This document shows positions 19,482 through 30,078 of a DNA stretch of 64,000 bases, one piece after another. The position numbers and the translations under genes are program-made. The notes under the pieces are model-generated. The model was not told the DNA's origin and did no database searches. It saw only the letters and a list, made by a program, of their open reading frames with translations. Source of the stretch: an uncultured cyanobacterium (GTDB taxonomy: Bacteria; Cyanobacteriota; Cyanobacteriia; Cyanobacteriales; Nostocaceae); assembly GCA_963706595.1 (NCBI GenBank), contig OY970166.1, positions 96,001 through 160,000 of the forward strand, in the 5' to 3' direction. Every line of letters starts with the position of its first letter. Position 1 is the first letter of the stretch.

Positions 19482-20318
19482 ATGACAAATCAAGCTCTTA
19501 TCCCAGTTATTGTAAACGGTGCAGCCGGCAAAATGGGTCGCGAAGTAATTAAAGCCGTTGCCCAAGCCCCAGATTTAAACTTAGTGGCTGCAATTGATAC
19601 CAGTCCAGAACATCAAGACCAAGACGCTGGAGAATTGGCAGGTTTAAGCGAACCTTTAGAAGTGCCAATTACCAACCAATTTGAAGCCATGCTGGGTTAT
19701 GTAGCTGGCGATAGAAACTCTCCTCCAGGGGTAATGGTAGACTTTACCCACCCTGATGGAGTTTATGATAATGTGCGGAGTGCGATCGCCTATGGAATTC
19801 GTCCAGTAGTCGGGACGACAGGCTTAAGTCCAAAACAACTGCAAGAATTAGCCGACTTTGCCGAAAAAGCCAGTACCGGTTGTTTAATTATCCCCAACTT
19901 TTCCATTGGGATGGTACTTTTACAACAAGCCGCAGTCACAGCTTCCCAATATTTCGACCATGTAGAAATTATTGAACTCCACCACAACCAAAAAGCCGAT
20001 GCGCCCAGTGGGACGGCAATTCAAACCGCACAATTACTAGGAGAACTTGGTAAACCTTTTAACACAGCTATTGTCGAAGAAACTGAAAAAATCCCAGGAG
20101 CCAGAGGTAGTTTAGCAGAAGAAGGGATTAGAATTCATAGTATCCGCCTGCCGGGACTCATAGCCCATCAAGAAGTGATATTTGGCGCACCCGGTCAAAT
20201 TTATACATTAAGACATGATACCAGCGATCGCTCCTGTTATATGCCAGGAGTCCTGCTAGCAATTCGCAAAGTCTCGCAACTCAAGTCCTTAGTGTATGGA
20301 TTAGAAAAAATACTTTAA
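19482..20318 (+). CDS. dapB: 4-hydroxy-tetrahydrodipicolinate reductase
   Basis: [40 protein letters not shown]. Confidence 0.96.
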   Translation: MTNQALIPVIVNGAAGKMGREVIKAVAQAPDLNLVAAIDTSPEHQDQDAGELAGLSEPLEVPITNQFEAMLGYVAGDRNSPPGVMVDFTHPDGVYDNVRSAIAYGIRPVVGTTGLSPKQLQELADFAEKASTGCLIIPNFSIGMVLLQQAAVTASQYFDHVEIIELHHNQKADAPSGTAIQTAQLLGELGKPFNTAIVEETEKIPGARGSLAEEGIRIHSIRLPGLIAHQEVIFGAPGQIYTLRHDTSDRSCYMPGVLLAIRKVSQLKSLVYGLEKIL

Positions 20319-20335
20319 CTGGCAAAATCAGCAAT

Positions 20336-20495
20336 TATAGCAACCGCCAAGGAGGTTAAGACATAAACGGATAATTAAACTTAGACACCAAAAGGGTTTT
20401 AACCCACTCCCTCGGTTACTGAGCGACTTGTACTGAGCGAAGTCGAAGTAAGTCGAAGTAACTCCCCACTCCCTACTCCCTACTCCCCAGCTATA
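20336..20495 (+). mobile_element. TA-ended MITE, copy 1 (homologous to 55385-55481)
   Basis: TATAGC...GCTATA ends; ATAGCAACCGCCAAGG start shared with copy 2; nested ACTGAGCGAAGTCGAAGT repeat and CCCTACT STRR. Confidence 0.7.
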
Positions 20496-21214
20496 TGTTA
20501 GTTCCACTGACTCGGAAAAAATTTGAACAACTCATCCCCTTCATTGCTACTGGCGCGCAATATAAATACTATGCAGGGAAATTCTCAAATTTTTTGCAGC
20601 GACTGTTAATTTCTGTCATCGCCATAGCAATAATTTTGCTGGCGGAAGTTTTGTTGAGACTAGAATTTGGCCCCATTACATTTTTAATTGGAGTCATGGG
20701 TGCTTTCTTTTGGCTGTGGTATCCCGTATTTCAAGCAAGTGTACGCAATGTAAAATGCCGCCGTTATAAATACAGTGGCTTTTTTCGGGGTCGAGTTCTA
20801 GATTGGTGGATTACAGACCAATTAATGGGAAAACAAGAAACAGTAAACAACAAAGGTGAGTTAGTAATTGTTGAAAACAGAGAAAAACGAATTAACTTAG
20901 AGGTTGGTGACAATACAGGATTTACTGTAGAGTTACAAGCGCCACTACGTAACTCCCATAAAGTCATAGTTCGGGGTCAAATTGCCGAAATGATAGTCAT
21001 GTCCAACCGTTCTGACTTAAGCAGTATCGAAGAATTCAGCGATGTATACATTCCCACCCATGACTTGTGGGTAAACGACTATCCTTATCTGAGAAGAGAC
21101 TTCTTTAATGAAGTCAGTCGCCGTTTGCGTAAAAAACAACCAGAAAAAACCACCCCGCCGTCGCCAGTAACAGTTATCAGTTATCAGTTATCAGTTATCA
21201 GTCAAGAGATATAA
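20495..21214 (+). CDS. conserved cyanobacterial membrane protein (two TM segments); true stop possibly at 21170
   Basis: Long ORF with hydrophobic hairpin; C-terminus reads into a TTATCAG repeat unless one A is removed from GAAAAAAC (giving KPPRRRQ*). Confidence 0.7.
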   Translation: MLVPLTRKKFEQLIPFIATGAQYKYYAGKFSNFLQRLLISVIAIAIILLAEVLLRLEFGPITFLIGVMGAFFWLWYPVFQASVRNVKCRRYKYSGFFRGRVLDWWITDQLMGKQETVNNKGELVIVENREKRINLEVGDNTGFTVELQAPLRNSHKVIVRGQIAEMIVMSNRSDLSSIEEFSDVYIPTHDLWVNDYPYLRRDFFNEVSRRLRKKQPEKTTPPSPVTVISYQLSVISQEI

Positions 21215-21266
21215 TTGGATCGGATTCCCTGACTAAATCGGCGTGATAACTGTTCACTGTTCACTG

Positions 21267-21899
21267 TTAACTGTTCACTCTCTCCTGTCCATAGGCTTGC
21301 CAAGCTAAATCCACCAGTCCATCAACAATCGCAGATGCGACAACGGCATTACCTTTGCGACTGTCAATGATAATGTGAGGAACTTGAGAATCTTGCAAAC
21401 CTTCCTTAGCCTTATCAGCATTCACAAATCCGACTGGAGTCGCAATTATTAAAGCAGGCTGGATTTCTTCAGATGCAATTAACTCCACCAAAGCAGTTAG
21501 TGCTGTTTGTGCTTGACCCACCACAAAAATCCCCTCTGGGTAACGCTTGGCTAAAGTTTCAATTCCCCAAGCCGCACGAGATTTTTCTTTTTGGGGACGC
21601 GTCACCGTTTCCAGACTGCAATAAACTGGATTAGCAAAAGTATTTTGAATATCCTGGGCAATACCTACCTGTACCATCGGCACATCTACCACAATTGTAG
21701 TGCGCGCCGCTAAAGCTGCTGCACCAGCTTGTAAAGCACGTTCAGAAAAGCGAATCAGAGATTTATATTCAAAATCAGCCGTGGCATATATTACCCGCCG
21801 GACAATCTCATATTCTGCCGGTGAAAAAACATGATCACCTATTTCACTATCAATGATTGCTAAACTTTGAGCATCAGTTACGTGCCATTCCATTGCCAT
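21267..21899 (-). CDS. cobH: precorrin-8X/cobalt-precorrin-8 methylmutase (CobH/CbiC family)
   Basis: SLAIID.EIG, IVRRVIYATADFE, DV.MVQVGI, PVGFV, RKG.AVVASAIV. Confidence 0.82.
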   Translation of the reverse strand: MAMEWHVTDAQSLAIIDSEIGDHVFSPAEYEIVRRVIYATADFEYKSLIRFSERALQAGAAALAARTTIVVDVPMVQVGIAQDIQNTFANPVYCSLETVTRPQKEKSRAAWGIETLAKRYPEGIFVVGQAQTALTALVELIASEEIQPALIIATPVGFVNADKAKEGLQDSQVPHIIIDSRKGNAVVASAIVDGLVDLAWQAYGQERVNS

Positions 21900-21985
21900 T
21901 CAGCTCTGAGATACCAGCTTTCAGCTTATCAGTTTCAGGAACGCTGAGTGCTGAGTATTTTGATTTTTACTCAGCACTGATAAAT

Positions 21986-22795
21986 TCAGGACTCAGCATT
22001 AGAAGAAGGACGAGTCAAAAGTGGAGTCAGAAAGGCGACCAAAGCGCCAATCAGAAAACCAGAGATATTACGAACTAGAGGCAACCAATCGCTGGTGCGC
22101 GTCACCACTGGTCCAATACCAAAGGCAATAAACAAAATTCCCCACAAAGGTGAAAAAATTAACGCCCATTGCCAAGCAAAACCCTGTCCTTCTTTTTGGG
22201 GGTGAGCTGCAAATCCACAAATTATTCCCCCCACAACTGAGGTAATCAGTGTGAGTATCCATTGTTCCTTGGGTAGTCCAGGAACCACTGAGCAGCCACC
22301 TTGAAGCAAACAGCCTTTAACTGAACTTAAAGCTTGCAAAATAGCTTGGTCTTCGCCTTCGTCTCGGACAAAATACAAATTGCCGAAGCGGGTTTGCAAT
22401 TCTATCCAAAAAGTCCGGGGTAGAAATTCATAAACGGCATCTCCCACACTAAAGCTGAGAATGTTACCGCCACGAGAATCAGCAACTAGCAAAATACTTT
22501 TGTCATCTAAACCCCAATAATTAATCACTGCCCGACCTGGGGTGCGGTCATACTGGGTTAATACTCGCAGTTTCCAGCCAGTTTCACCTTCAAATTGCTC
22601 TAAATCTGTTACCAGTTCTGCTTCTTGAATATCTGTGAGCGTTTTAGCTAAATCTATAACTGGAGTTTGAAAGTTGGGTAATAAGTCAGGATTATCATAA
22701 GCCAGTGCCGGAGGGGAGTGCATTACCCACATTGACCCAGCCAAGAAAAATACAGCAATTGATACCAGAGTTCGTCGCCAAAAACAAGACTGCAT
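21986..22795 (-). CDS. TPM domain thylakoid protein
   Basis: Signal peptide, PVIDLAKTLT, ETGWKLRVLTQ, ELQTRFGN, C-terminal TM segments. Confidence 0.8.
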   Translation of the reverse strand: MQSCFWRRTLVSIAVFFLAGSMWVMHSPPALAYDNPDLLPNFQTPVIDLAKTLTDIQEAELVTDLEQFEGETGWKLRVLTQYDRTPGRAVINYWGLDDKSILLVADSRGGNILSFSVGDAVYEFLPRTFWIELQTRFGNLYFVRDEGEDQAILQALSSVKGCLLQGGCSVVPGLPKEQWILTLITSVVGGIICGFAAHPQKEGQGFAWQWALIFSPLWGILFIAFGIGPVVTRTSDWLPLVRNISGFLIGALVAFLTPLLTRPSSNAES

Positions 22796-22921
22796 GGACG
22801 TTCTTATATAAATATAGACAGTAGAAGTGAACAAGTTGTTTTAAAAGAGTATGGGAAAAGTGATACTTCTTTACACTTGTTTACTTTACTCTAATCTAAG
22901 GTATTTAAGCAAAGCTTACTT

Positions 22922-23080
<159 letters not shown>

Positions 23081-23100
<20 letters not shown>

Positions 23101-23542
23101 CCTTCTTAACTTCTCGTTCTCGCAACGTTAGGGGTGGTTTTTCATGAATTGGTAGGCGTTCAACTCTCCGCGCGGGTTTTGGGCGTGTAAAGGACTTCCA
23201 CGCGGTTTTCACACCTACAACTAGGCTGAGAGTGCTTATCTGCACATTTTTAGCTTGTTTTCTGGCACTATCTAAGCTTTGGTCAACTTGCTTAACGACT
23301 TTACCTGCACTTTGTACACCTTCACTGACATCATCGGTTAAATCTGTGATTTCCATCCCAGTTTTGCGGATGGAAATTAAAGTAGGTGGTAACTCCCGCG
23401 AGAGAGTATCAAACAGCTTTTCTGCACTGCGGGCAGCACGCGCTAACTCTTGCAAAGCCGGTATAGCCGCTACCAATACAGCAGTTAGACTGGCGGCGAC
23501 TAATAATAAAGACAGTCCCAACCAAAACAGGGGATCAATCAC
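23081..23542 (-). CDS. DUF948-like membrane-anchored coiled-coil protein
   Basis: N-terminal TM, ELARAARSAEKLFDTL.RELPPTL; adjacent to YtxH gene. Confidence 0.7.
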
Positions 23543-23565
23543 GGTTATGCCATCATATATGAGCG

Positions 23566-23907
23566 TTACAATTGCTGGGAAACAGAATCTGAACCTTTTT
23601 CAGCCTGTTGCTGCTTCAAGTTTTGGCTTTCGCGTTGACTAGCATCTACACCAGCTGCGATCGCATCTTGCAGTTTCTCTAAGGTATCATCCCAATTTCT
23701 CACAGCACTGGCAGAAAGTCGATCTGCCTGAATTTGTACACTTGTTGATAAATCTTCTGCCAAATCGGGGATAGCATTGGCAGACTTTTGCAAAATTTTC
23801 CGCGTTTCGCGCCCTGTGCGCGGTGCTACGAGCAAACCAGTTAAAGCACCAATCGTAGCTCCCAGCATGAACCCGCCAAAAAATACTCCAGAACGATTAT
23901 TAGACAT
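23566..23907 (-). CDS. YtxH domain protein
   Basis: FFGGFMLGATIGALTGLLVAPRTGRETR signature. Confidence 0.88.
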   Translation of the reverse strand: MSNNRSGVFFGGFMLGATIGALTGLLVAPRTGRETRKILQKSANAIPDLAEDLSTSVQIQADRLSASAVRNWDDTLEKLQDAIAAGVDASQRESQNLKQQQAEKGSDSVSQQL

Positions 23908-24021
23908 ATTAATTGTTTCTCTCCTTACACCCATTTTAGGCGTGATTTTTACCCTACCAAGATTCAAATGATTCTATTTAATTACTGTATCTTGACAATA
24001 TACCCATCGGAGATGTTGCTT

Positions 24022-24357
24022 TTATTTACCGACTGTCTTTTTTCTTAATTTCAACCCTTTCCAGCCAAAAGAGCTTCCCCAGAATCGCTTTCCTAACAAT
24101 AACAGACTGATAATTTGACGTACTTGTTGGATTTGTACCTGTAGCTTTTCGTTTCCCTGGCGCAGGCTATGAATTTTTTGCTGGCTAATAGCAATATTTT
24201 CAGGTGCTTTATACAAAACCGCATGAGTATGGCGTTCGTAGGCGTTTAGTTTATCAGCTATGCGCCCTATCCACTGCTTGAGTTTCCACACTCGCCAAGC
24301 TATGTAGAATAGTAGCAGTGAAATGAGAGTGTTAATTACGACAACTGTCGTTACCAT
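24022..24357 (-). CDS. hypothetical membrane-anchored protein
   Basis: ATG-started ORF with N-terminal TM and coiled coil, co-directional with ytxH. Confidence 0.65.
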   Translation of the reverse strand: MVTTVVVINTLISLLLFYIAWRVWKLKQWIGRIADKLNAYERHTHAVLYKAPENIAISQQKIHSLRQGNEKLQVQIQQVRQIISLLLLGKRFWGSSFGWKGLKLRKKTVGK

Positions 24358-24469
24358 TATCTATCTTTACCAAGATCAATCTGAGAAAATTATTTTGTAT
24401 CGCTATGATTTTGTTCTGACTTAATCATAGCGATAGAACCTCAGTGTTAATCTGATTGCACATCTTCAA

Positions 24470-24570
24470 TCTCCCCCTTTTCCTCTTCTCCCCTGCCCCC
24501 TGCACCCTGCCCCGTTTCCTCTTCCCCCCTGCACCCTGCCCCCTGCCCCCCTGCCTCTTCTCCCTTGCCT
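24470..24570. repeat. degenerate STRR (CCCCTGC)n pyrimidine-rich tract
   Basis: Tandem CCCTGCC/CCCTGCA units. Confidence 0.7.
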
Positions 24571-24670
24571 CTTCTCCAAGTTGCCAGAACCGGGTTATCA
24601 CGCTAGTGTGGAGAGCTGCTATTGCTCTCGGCGTAGTAATTTCTCTTAGGATCTTCAGATAACTGGAACT

Positions 24671-27600
24671 ATGATTGAGCTTGGTTCACTGGTGCAGTCC
24701 CAGAACAACTATTTGGGAATAGGAAAAGTTACTGAGATATCTCCACCTGATGTGATGGTCGAGTATTTCTGCTCAGGAGGGCAACGCCTCCAAAAAACTT
24801 TACCTTTCGATTCCCTCTCTCAAGTTAAACTTCAACCTCAAACCCGATGCTACATTAGCGCACCCACCCAGGATACATGGTTAATTGGCCGAATTTGTAC
24901 CTGGGATGAAGATGCAGAAATGTATCAAATTGATTTACCAGATAAGAAAACGACAATTGCCACGGAACAGGAAATTTATGTCCGTTGTAATATACCCATC
25001 ACAGACCCGATTGAAACTCTGGCGATGAAGGGTCACGAAACACCCTACTTTCATGACAAAAGATTAACTTTTGTGAAATCTCTGATTAAACAACGCGCTA
25101 TGAGTCGCGGCATGAGAGGGTTGATTTCGGCGAACATTGAACTTTATCCTCACCAAGTGGAAGTTGTTCGGCGGGTACTGGAAGACCCAATTCAGCGCTA
25201 TTTATTAGCAGATGAGGTGGGACTCGGAAAAACCATCGAAGCGGGTGCGATTCTCCGTCAGTTCCTGATTGATGAACCAAAAAAAGGTGCGGTGGTATTG
25301 GTTCCGCAATATTTACTCCCACAATGGCGGGCTGAGTTAGAAAATAAATTCTACATCTCCCATTTTGGTAAACGGGTGGTGGTGCTGGCGCTGGAAGATG
25401 TCCACAGAATCAACCAGAAGGCGAATATCGGCTGCTTAATTTTAGATGAAGCCCACCATATTGCAGCGATGGCGACTTCTAGGGATGCAGCAGTGCGTCA
25501 GCGTTTTGAGTCTTGTAAAACTCTGGCTCATAAAAGCGATCGCCTACTTTTATTATCTGCTACTCCTGTCCTCAACCACGAGCAAGATTTTCTCGCCATG
25601 TTGCATCTGCTCGATCCTGTAACCTATAAATTACATGATTTGGCAGGTTTTCGCGCCAGGGTGAAAAATTGCCAGGAAATTGGTAGATTTCTCCTTTCTT
25701 TTCAAGAAGGTGCAAATGACACTGTTCTGAAAACTCATCTCAAGGAACTGCGAAATTTGTTTGCTGAGGATGAGTATTTGCTCAATCAGGCGGACAATTT
25801 AGAAAAGTCTTTAAAAGCCAAATCCACTGAGCAAAATCAAATTATCTCAGCAATTCGCAGCCACATTAGCGAAACCTATCGGCTACATCGGCGAATGCTG
25901 CGTAACCGTCGCGCTGCGGTGGAAGATGTGATCTTTGATCGGGATGTGACACCAAAAGAAGAATATGATTTAGATGAGCGATCGCTTGATCTTCATGAAC
26001 TCATAGAAAAATGGCGTACTGTCGCCCCTAAAGAACAGCCCTATCAGCAAATCTTCCTGCTGTTATTCCTCGCTTCTGGGACTTGGTTAGGAATTTTAGA
26101 ACAAGTAATTAACGCCCGTATCACAGGTAAAACCCCACCTCAACTGATCCCAGAGTTCAAAGAAAATGAGCTTCGCATCTTAACTACAACCCCTAAATTT
26201 GCTGGGGAAGAAGAAATTCTGGAATCGGCTTTAAAGATTCTGCGTCAACCTGTCGATGAAGGCGAACGCACAGAAAATTTGACTACAGTGCTACTAAATC
26301 AGCTAGCTACATACTTCAAAATTTCCGCCAGTGTTCGCAGAAATAAGCCAGAATTAATCACCAGAATACAGCATAGAATTCGCAGACCCATTCCTGGTGA
26401 TGTTTTGCCGAAAATTGTCGTATTTACAAGTTTTGTGCAATCTGGTAAACAAATTGTCCAACTTTTAGCCAATACCTTTGGTGCAGAGACAATTGCTAGT
26501 CATCAATTGGGAGAACCACGAGAAAAAGTTGCAGAAAGCTTAACGAGATTTCAGAATAATCCTGACTGTTTTATTTTAGTATGCGATCGCTCTGGAGAAG
26601 AAGGACTGAACCTGCAATTTGCCGACTGCTTCATTCACTTTGACCTACCTTGGTCTCCCAATAAATTAGAGCAAAGAATCGGCAGATTTGACCGCATTGG
26701 TAGTAAAATCGGAGTTCAATCTTATGCCTTGCTTGGTCCTTTCTTAGAAGATAGTCCCCAAAATGCTTGGTATCAAGTTCTCAAAAATGGGTTTGACATC
26801 TTTGAAAGATCAATCGCCAGTCTACAATTTTATGTAGATGAGAAACTGCAAGAATTAGAAACAGCTTTGTTTCAATCAGGTGCTGCGGGATTATTGTCCA
26901 TGATTTCGCCAATTCAGCAACAAATCACCGCCGAAACCTTGAAAATTAGCGAGCAAACTGCACTCGATGAAATTGATATTCTCGACGAAGAGACCAGCCA
27001 GTATTTTCAAGACCTCGATGATTACGATGCAAGTCATGTAGAAATTAAACAAGCAGTTGAAGGCTGGATGTGTGACGCACTGGGATTTAAACCAGTTACG
27101 AATCCCAATTCTGCCGAAATTAAGCGTTATCAACCCACAACGCGCACTTTGGTTTCTCTTGACGAGTTAAAAACTCACTTTGCGAATAATAATACAGACC
27201 AATTTGGGACTTACAATCGCCGGATAGCAAACCAAAATTCTGGTACTAAACTCTTTCGCATTGGTGAAGGATTAATAGAAGCACTTGTTAGCCATATAAA
27301 TTGGGATGATAGAGGTAAAGCTTTTGCTGTCTGGCGCACCGATGAAAGTTGGGATGCGACCGAAGGTAAAGAATGGTTTGGTTTCCGATTCAATTTTGTA
27401 GTGGAAACACATTTAGAAGCCGTCAAGCAAGTTTTAACAACCCATAAACTCGATAATTCCCAACTCAAAACCTTGAAGCGGCGGGTTGATGCTTTATTCC
27501 CCCCCATGCTAGAAACTATCTTTGTTGATGGTCGCTCTAATCCCATGAGTTTGGTTGAAGATAAATCCCTGTTAAATATTCTCCAACGACCGTATAAAGA

Positions 27601-27973
27601 TAGAAACAGTGATAGAGCCAGAGATTTTAATCTAGCAAAAGAGCGCTTAGGAATTATTGATGCTTTTGTTGATCCTAGCCAGTGGAAGAATTTCTGTCTT
27701 CAAGCCCGTAGTAGTTCTGGGGAATTGCTCTTAAACCATCCTCAATTTATCGAACTGCACGAACAATATGCTCAAATTGCCGAACAGAAATTGAACAAAA
27801 AAGTACAGCAATTAAAGCTGCGTCTCAAACGGCAAAACGAGGATTCTGTACTTGCTGAAGAATTGCAAATAGAAAGTGCCTTAAGTACAGCGATTTTAGA
27901 TGGAATTCGCCAGCCTCAGATTCGACTTGATTCAGTCGGTTTCATCGTCATATCAGGACATAATCCTTTGTAA
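24671..27973 (+). CDS. SNF2/RapA-type helicase, DpdE-like
   Basis: LYPHQ, LLADEVGLGKTIEAG, LILDEAHH, LLLSATP, GEEGLNLQ, DLPWSP..LEQRIGRFDRIG. Confidence 0.85.
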   Translation: MIELGSLVQSQNNYLGIGKVTEISPPDVMVEYFCSGGQRLQKTLPFDSLSQVKLQPQTRCYISAPTQDTWLIGRICTWDEDAEMYQIDLPDKKTTIATEQEIYVRCNIPITDPIETLAMKGHETPYFHDKRLTFVKSLIKQRAMSRGMRGLISANIELYPHQVEVVRRVLEDPIQRYLLADEVGLGKTIEAGAILRQFLIDEPKKGAVVLVPQYLLPQWRAELENKFYISHFGKRVVVLALEDVHRINQKANIGCLILDEAHHIAAMATSRDAAVRQRFESCKTLAHKSDRLLLLSATPVLNHEQDFLAMLHLLDPVTYKLHDLAGFRARVKNCQEIGRFLLSFQEGANDTVLKTHLKELRNLFAEDEYLLNQADNLEKSLKAKSTEQNQIISAIRSHISETYRLHRRMLRNRRAAVEDVIFDRDVTPKEEYDLDERSLDLHELIEKWRTVAPKEQPYQQIFLLLFLASGTWLGILEQVINARITGKTPPQLIPEFKENELRILTTTPKFAGEEEILESALKILRQPVDEGERTENLTTVLLNQLATYFKISASVRRNKPELITRIQHRIRRPIPGDVLPKIVVFTSFVQSGKQIVQLLANTFGAETIASHQLGEPREKVAESLTRFQNNPDCFILVCDRSGEEGLNLQFADCFIHFDLPWSPNKLEQRIGRFDRIGSKIGVQSYALLGPFLEDSPQNAWYQVLKNGFDIFERSIASLQFYVDEKLQELETALFQSGAAGLLSMISPIQQQITAETLKISEQTALDEIDILDEETSQYFQDLDDYDASHVEIKQAVEGWMCDALGFKPVTNPNSAEIKRYQPTTRTLVSLDELKTHFANNNTDQFGTYNRRIANQNSGTKLFRIGEGLIEALVSHINWDDRGKAFAVWRTDESWDATEGKEWFGFRFNFVVETHLEAVKQVLTTHKLDNSQLKTLKRRVDALFPPMLETIFVDGRSNPMSLVEDKSLLNILQRPYKDRNSDRARDFNLAKERLGIIDAFVDPSQWKNFCLQARSSSGELLLNHPQFIELHEQYAQIAEQKLNKKVQQLKLRLKRQNEDSVLAEELQIESALSTAILDGIRQPQIRLDSVGFIVISGHNPL

Positions 27974-28000
27974 ATCTTCTCATAATGCTACAAGGGACTC

Positions 28001-28033
28001 AGATCCCCGACTTCTTGAAGAAGTCGGGGATCT
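28001..28033. repeat. 33-bp palindromic dispersed repeat / probable terminator
   Basis: AGATCCCCGACTTCTTGAAGAAGTCGGGGATCT followed by T-run; one mismatch to 14950-14982. Confidence 0.8.
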
Positions 28034-28392
28034 TTTCTTTTCTAGTTGTCACTTATTTAAGATTGCTCTATATAAATGAAAGTACAGATTTCGCAAATAT
28101 CTAATAGTTGAGTAAAATGCGACAAATTAAGAGATAATCATAAATAATTCGTTATTCACTAAAAACTTGATAAAAACAAGTACCAATCACATTTACCATA
28201 CTAAATAAAGTTGTCAAGTAACTTTTTGTTAATTTTTGAATGTAGTGAAGCAATACTTAATCTTCATAAACTTATAACTCCCTTTATTAAGTTTTTAATA
28301 ATAGTTGTCTCAGGTTGTATATGCAGACGTAATCTGTCCCCTAAATTGTGTAATCTAAAAACAACTAAGCTAATGATAAACTTGAGGTCGTA

Positions 28393-28605
28393 ATGACTCC
28401 TAAAATTCTGCGCCAGCTTTGGTCTGTAGTTGAAAATTCTCAAACCAAGATTCTATTGCAGATGGACGATGCTAGCTTGGTACAATGGCTGGTAAAACAG
28501 ACTACAAAGCAAGCATTGTTAGATCCCCACGAAACTGATTACCTGAGTGACTACGTTCAATCCCGGCTCACCCTCATCCGTGATCTTGCTTATGAACGCC
28601 AGTAA
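28393..28605 (+). CDS. conserved small cyanobacterial protein
   Basis: GAGG RBS, MTPKILRQLWSVVE...RL.LIRDLA pattern. Confidence 0.7.
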   Translation: MTPKILRQLWSVVENSQTKILLQMDDASLVQWLVKQTTKQALLDPHETDYLSDYVQSRLTLIRDLAYERQ

Positions 28606-28652
28606 TAAAGCCCACAGACATATAGTCAAAACTATTGGCTATGGGCTATCAA

Positions 28653-29927
28653 CTATGAGTTTTTTTGAGGCAAATAACCTTCAACTAAGCAATCAGAACC
28701 GACAACACGCCAACGAACCCGTTCCAAGTTCAGAGCGTCGGTCATGATGGTAAAACCTAAATCACCTACAGGCGTAGCAGCATGACTACCACCAATGATT
28801 TTAGGCGCAATAAAGGCCAGAATTTTTTGTACTGCACCTTGAGCGATCGCACTGGCGGCCAAAGTCCCGCCACACTCCCATAGCACGCTACAAAAACCGC
28901 GCTCATATAAATTGGTCATGACCAACTCTGGTGTCAGGGATGTGAACTCTACCACATCAACCCCCTGTTGGCGTAAGAAACTTTGAAAATCAGGAGAGCT
29001 ACCCTCCTCGGTAAACACCACAGTCGGAGCCTCCGCAGTTTGCCACAGGCGGGCATCTTCAGGCAAATTCAACTGACGACTCATCACCACCCGTAAAGGA
29101 TTATGCGCTCCCACCTGATGACTGGTTAAGTAAGGATTGTCTTTTCGGACTGTATTACCACCGACAATTATGGCATCACACCCGGCTCGCAGTTGATGAA
29201 CTTCACTACGAGCATCTTGGTTTGTTACCCAAGCACTGTGACCAGAGGTAGTAGCAATTTTGCCATCTAAAGTCATGGCGTATTTCAAAATCCCCAAAGG
29301 TCGTTTATGGAGAATGCGGTGGATAAAAGCTTCATTGAGTTGATAACAGGCTTCGGCTTCTACACCGACAACTACCTCCACACCAGCCGCACGTAAACGA
29401 GCAATACCTCCGCCACCCACCAAGGGATTCGGGTCAACTATACCAACGACTACCTTAGCCACACCAGCTGCAATTAACGCTTCCGAACAAGGGGGAGTGC
29501 GTCCGTGATGATTACAAGGTTCCAGATTCACGTAGACTGTCGCACCACGAGCGCGATTTTCTTGAGTTGAGTCTGCGCCCACACCTGCGGCTTTCAAGGC
29601 AAAAACCTCTGCATGAGGCTCACCCGCACAGGGATGAAACCCTTCCCCAACTATCTCGCCGTCTTGGACAACCACCGCCCCCACGAGCGGATTAGGCGAA
29701 GTGCGTCCCAAAGCACGGCGTGCTAGTGTCAAACACCGTTGCATCATCGCCCGGTCAAAGTCACTGCCTATTTTATCTTTATTTGGTGAATCAGATTCCA
29801 CAGGCGATCGCGCCTGCGCTGTTTCTTGGATGTCCGGAGGGCTTTTGTCTGTTCGCAACATCAGCCCATTTTCCTGAGTATCATCGGGTAGAGATACAAT
29901 ACGGTAGGTTTCATGCGAATTATCCAT
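28653..29927 (-). CDS. ribD: riboflavin biosynthesis deaminase/reductase RibD
   Basis: TSPNPLVGAVVV, HAE, LEPCNHHGRTPPC, KYAMTLDGKIA, WECGGTL. Confidence 0.96.
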   Translation of the reverse strand: MDNSHETYRIVSLPDDTQENGLMLRTDKSPPDIQETAQARSPVESDSPNKDKIGSDFDRAMMQRCLTLARRALGRTSPNPLVGAVVVQDGEIVGEGFHPCAGEPHAEVFALKAAGVGADSTQENRARGATVYVNLEPCNHHGRTPPCSEALIAAGVAKVVVGIVDPNPLVGGGGIARLRAAGVEVVVGVEAEACYQLNEAFIHRILHKRPLGILKYAMTLDGKIATTSGHSAWVTNQDARSEVHQLRAGCDAIIVGGNTVRKDNPYLTSHQVGAHNPLRVVMSRQLNLPEDARLWQTAEAPTVVFTEEGSSPDFQSFLRQQGVDVVEFTSLTPELVMTNLYERGFCSVLWECGGTLAASAIAQGAVQKILAFIAPKIIGGSHAATPVGDLGFTIMTDALNLERVRWRVVGSDCLVEGYLPQKNS

Positions 29928-30078
29928 AATTTTGGGCCGTACTTTCAATATTTTGCACGCTAGCTGCTGCTGTAGTGATACTTCAACAGTAATATTTAGC
30001 AGCTATTATTGGTTATGGAGTATCTTTGGGCAGTGTGATAAATAAATCACCAATTCCCCATTTCCGCTTCCCGATTCC

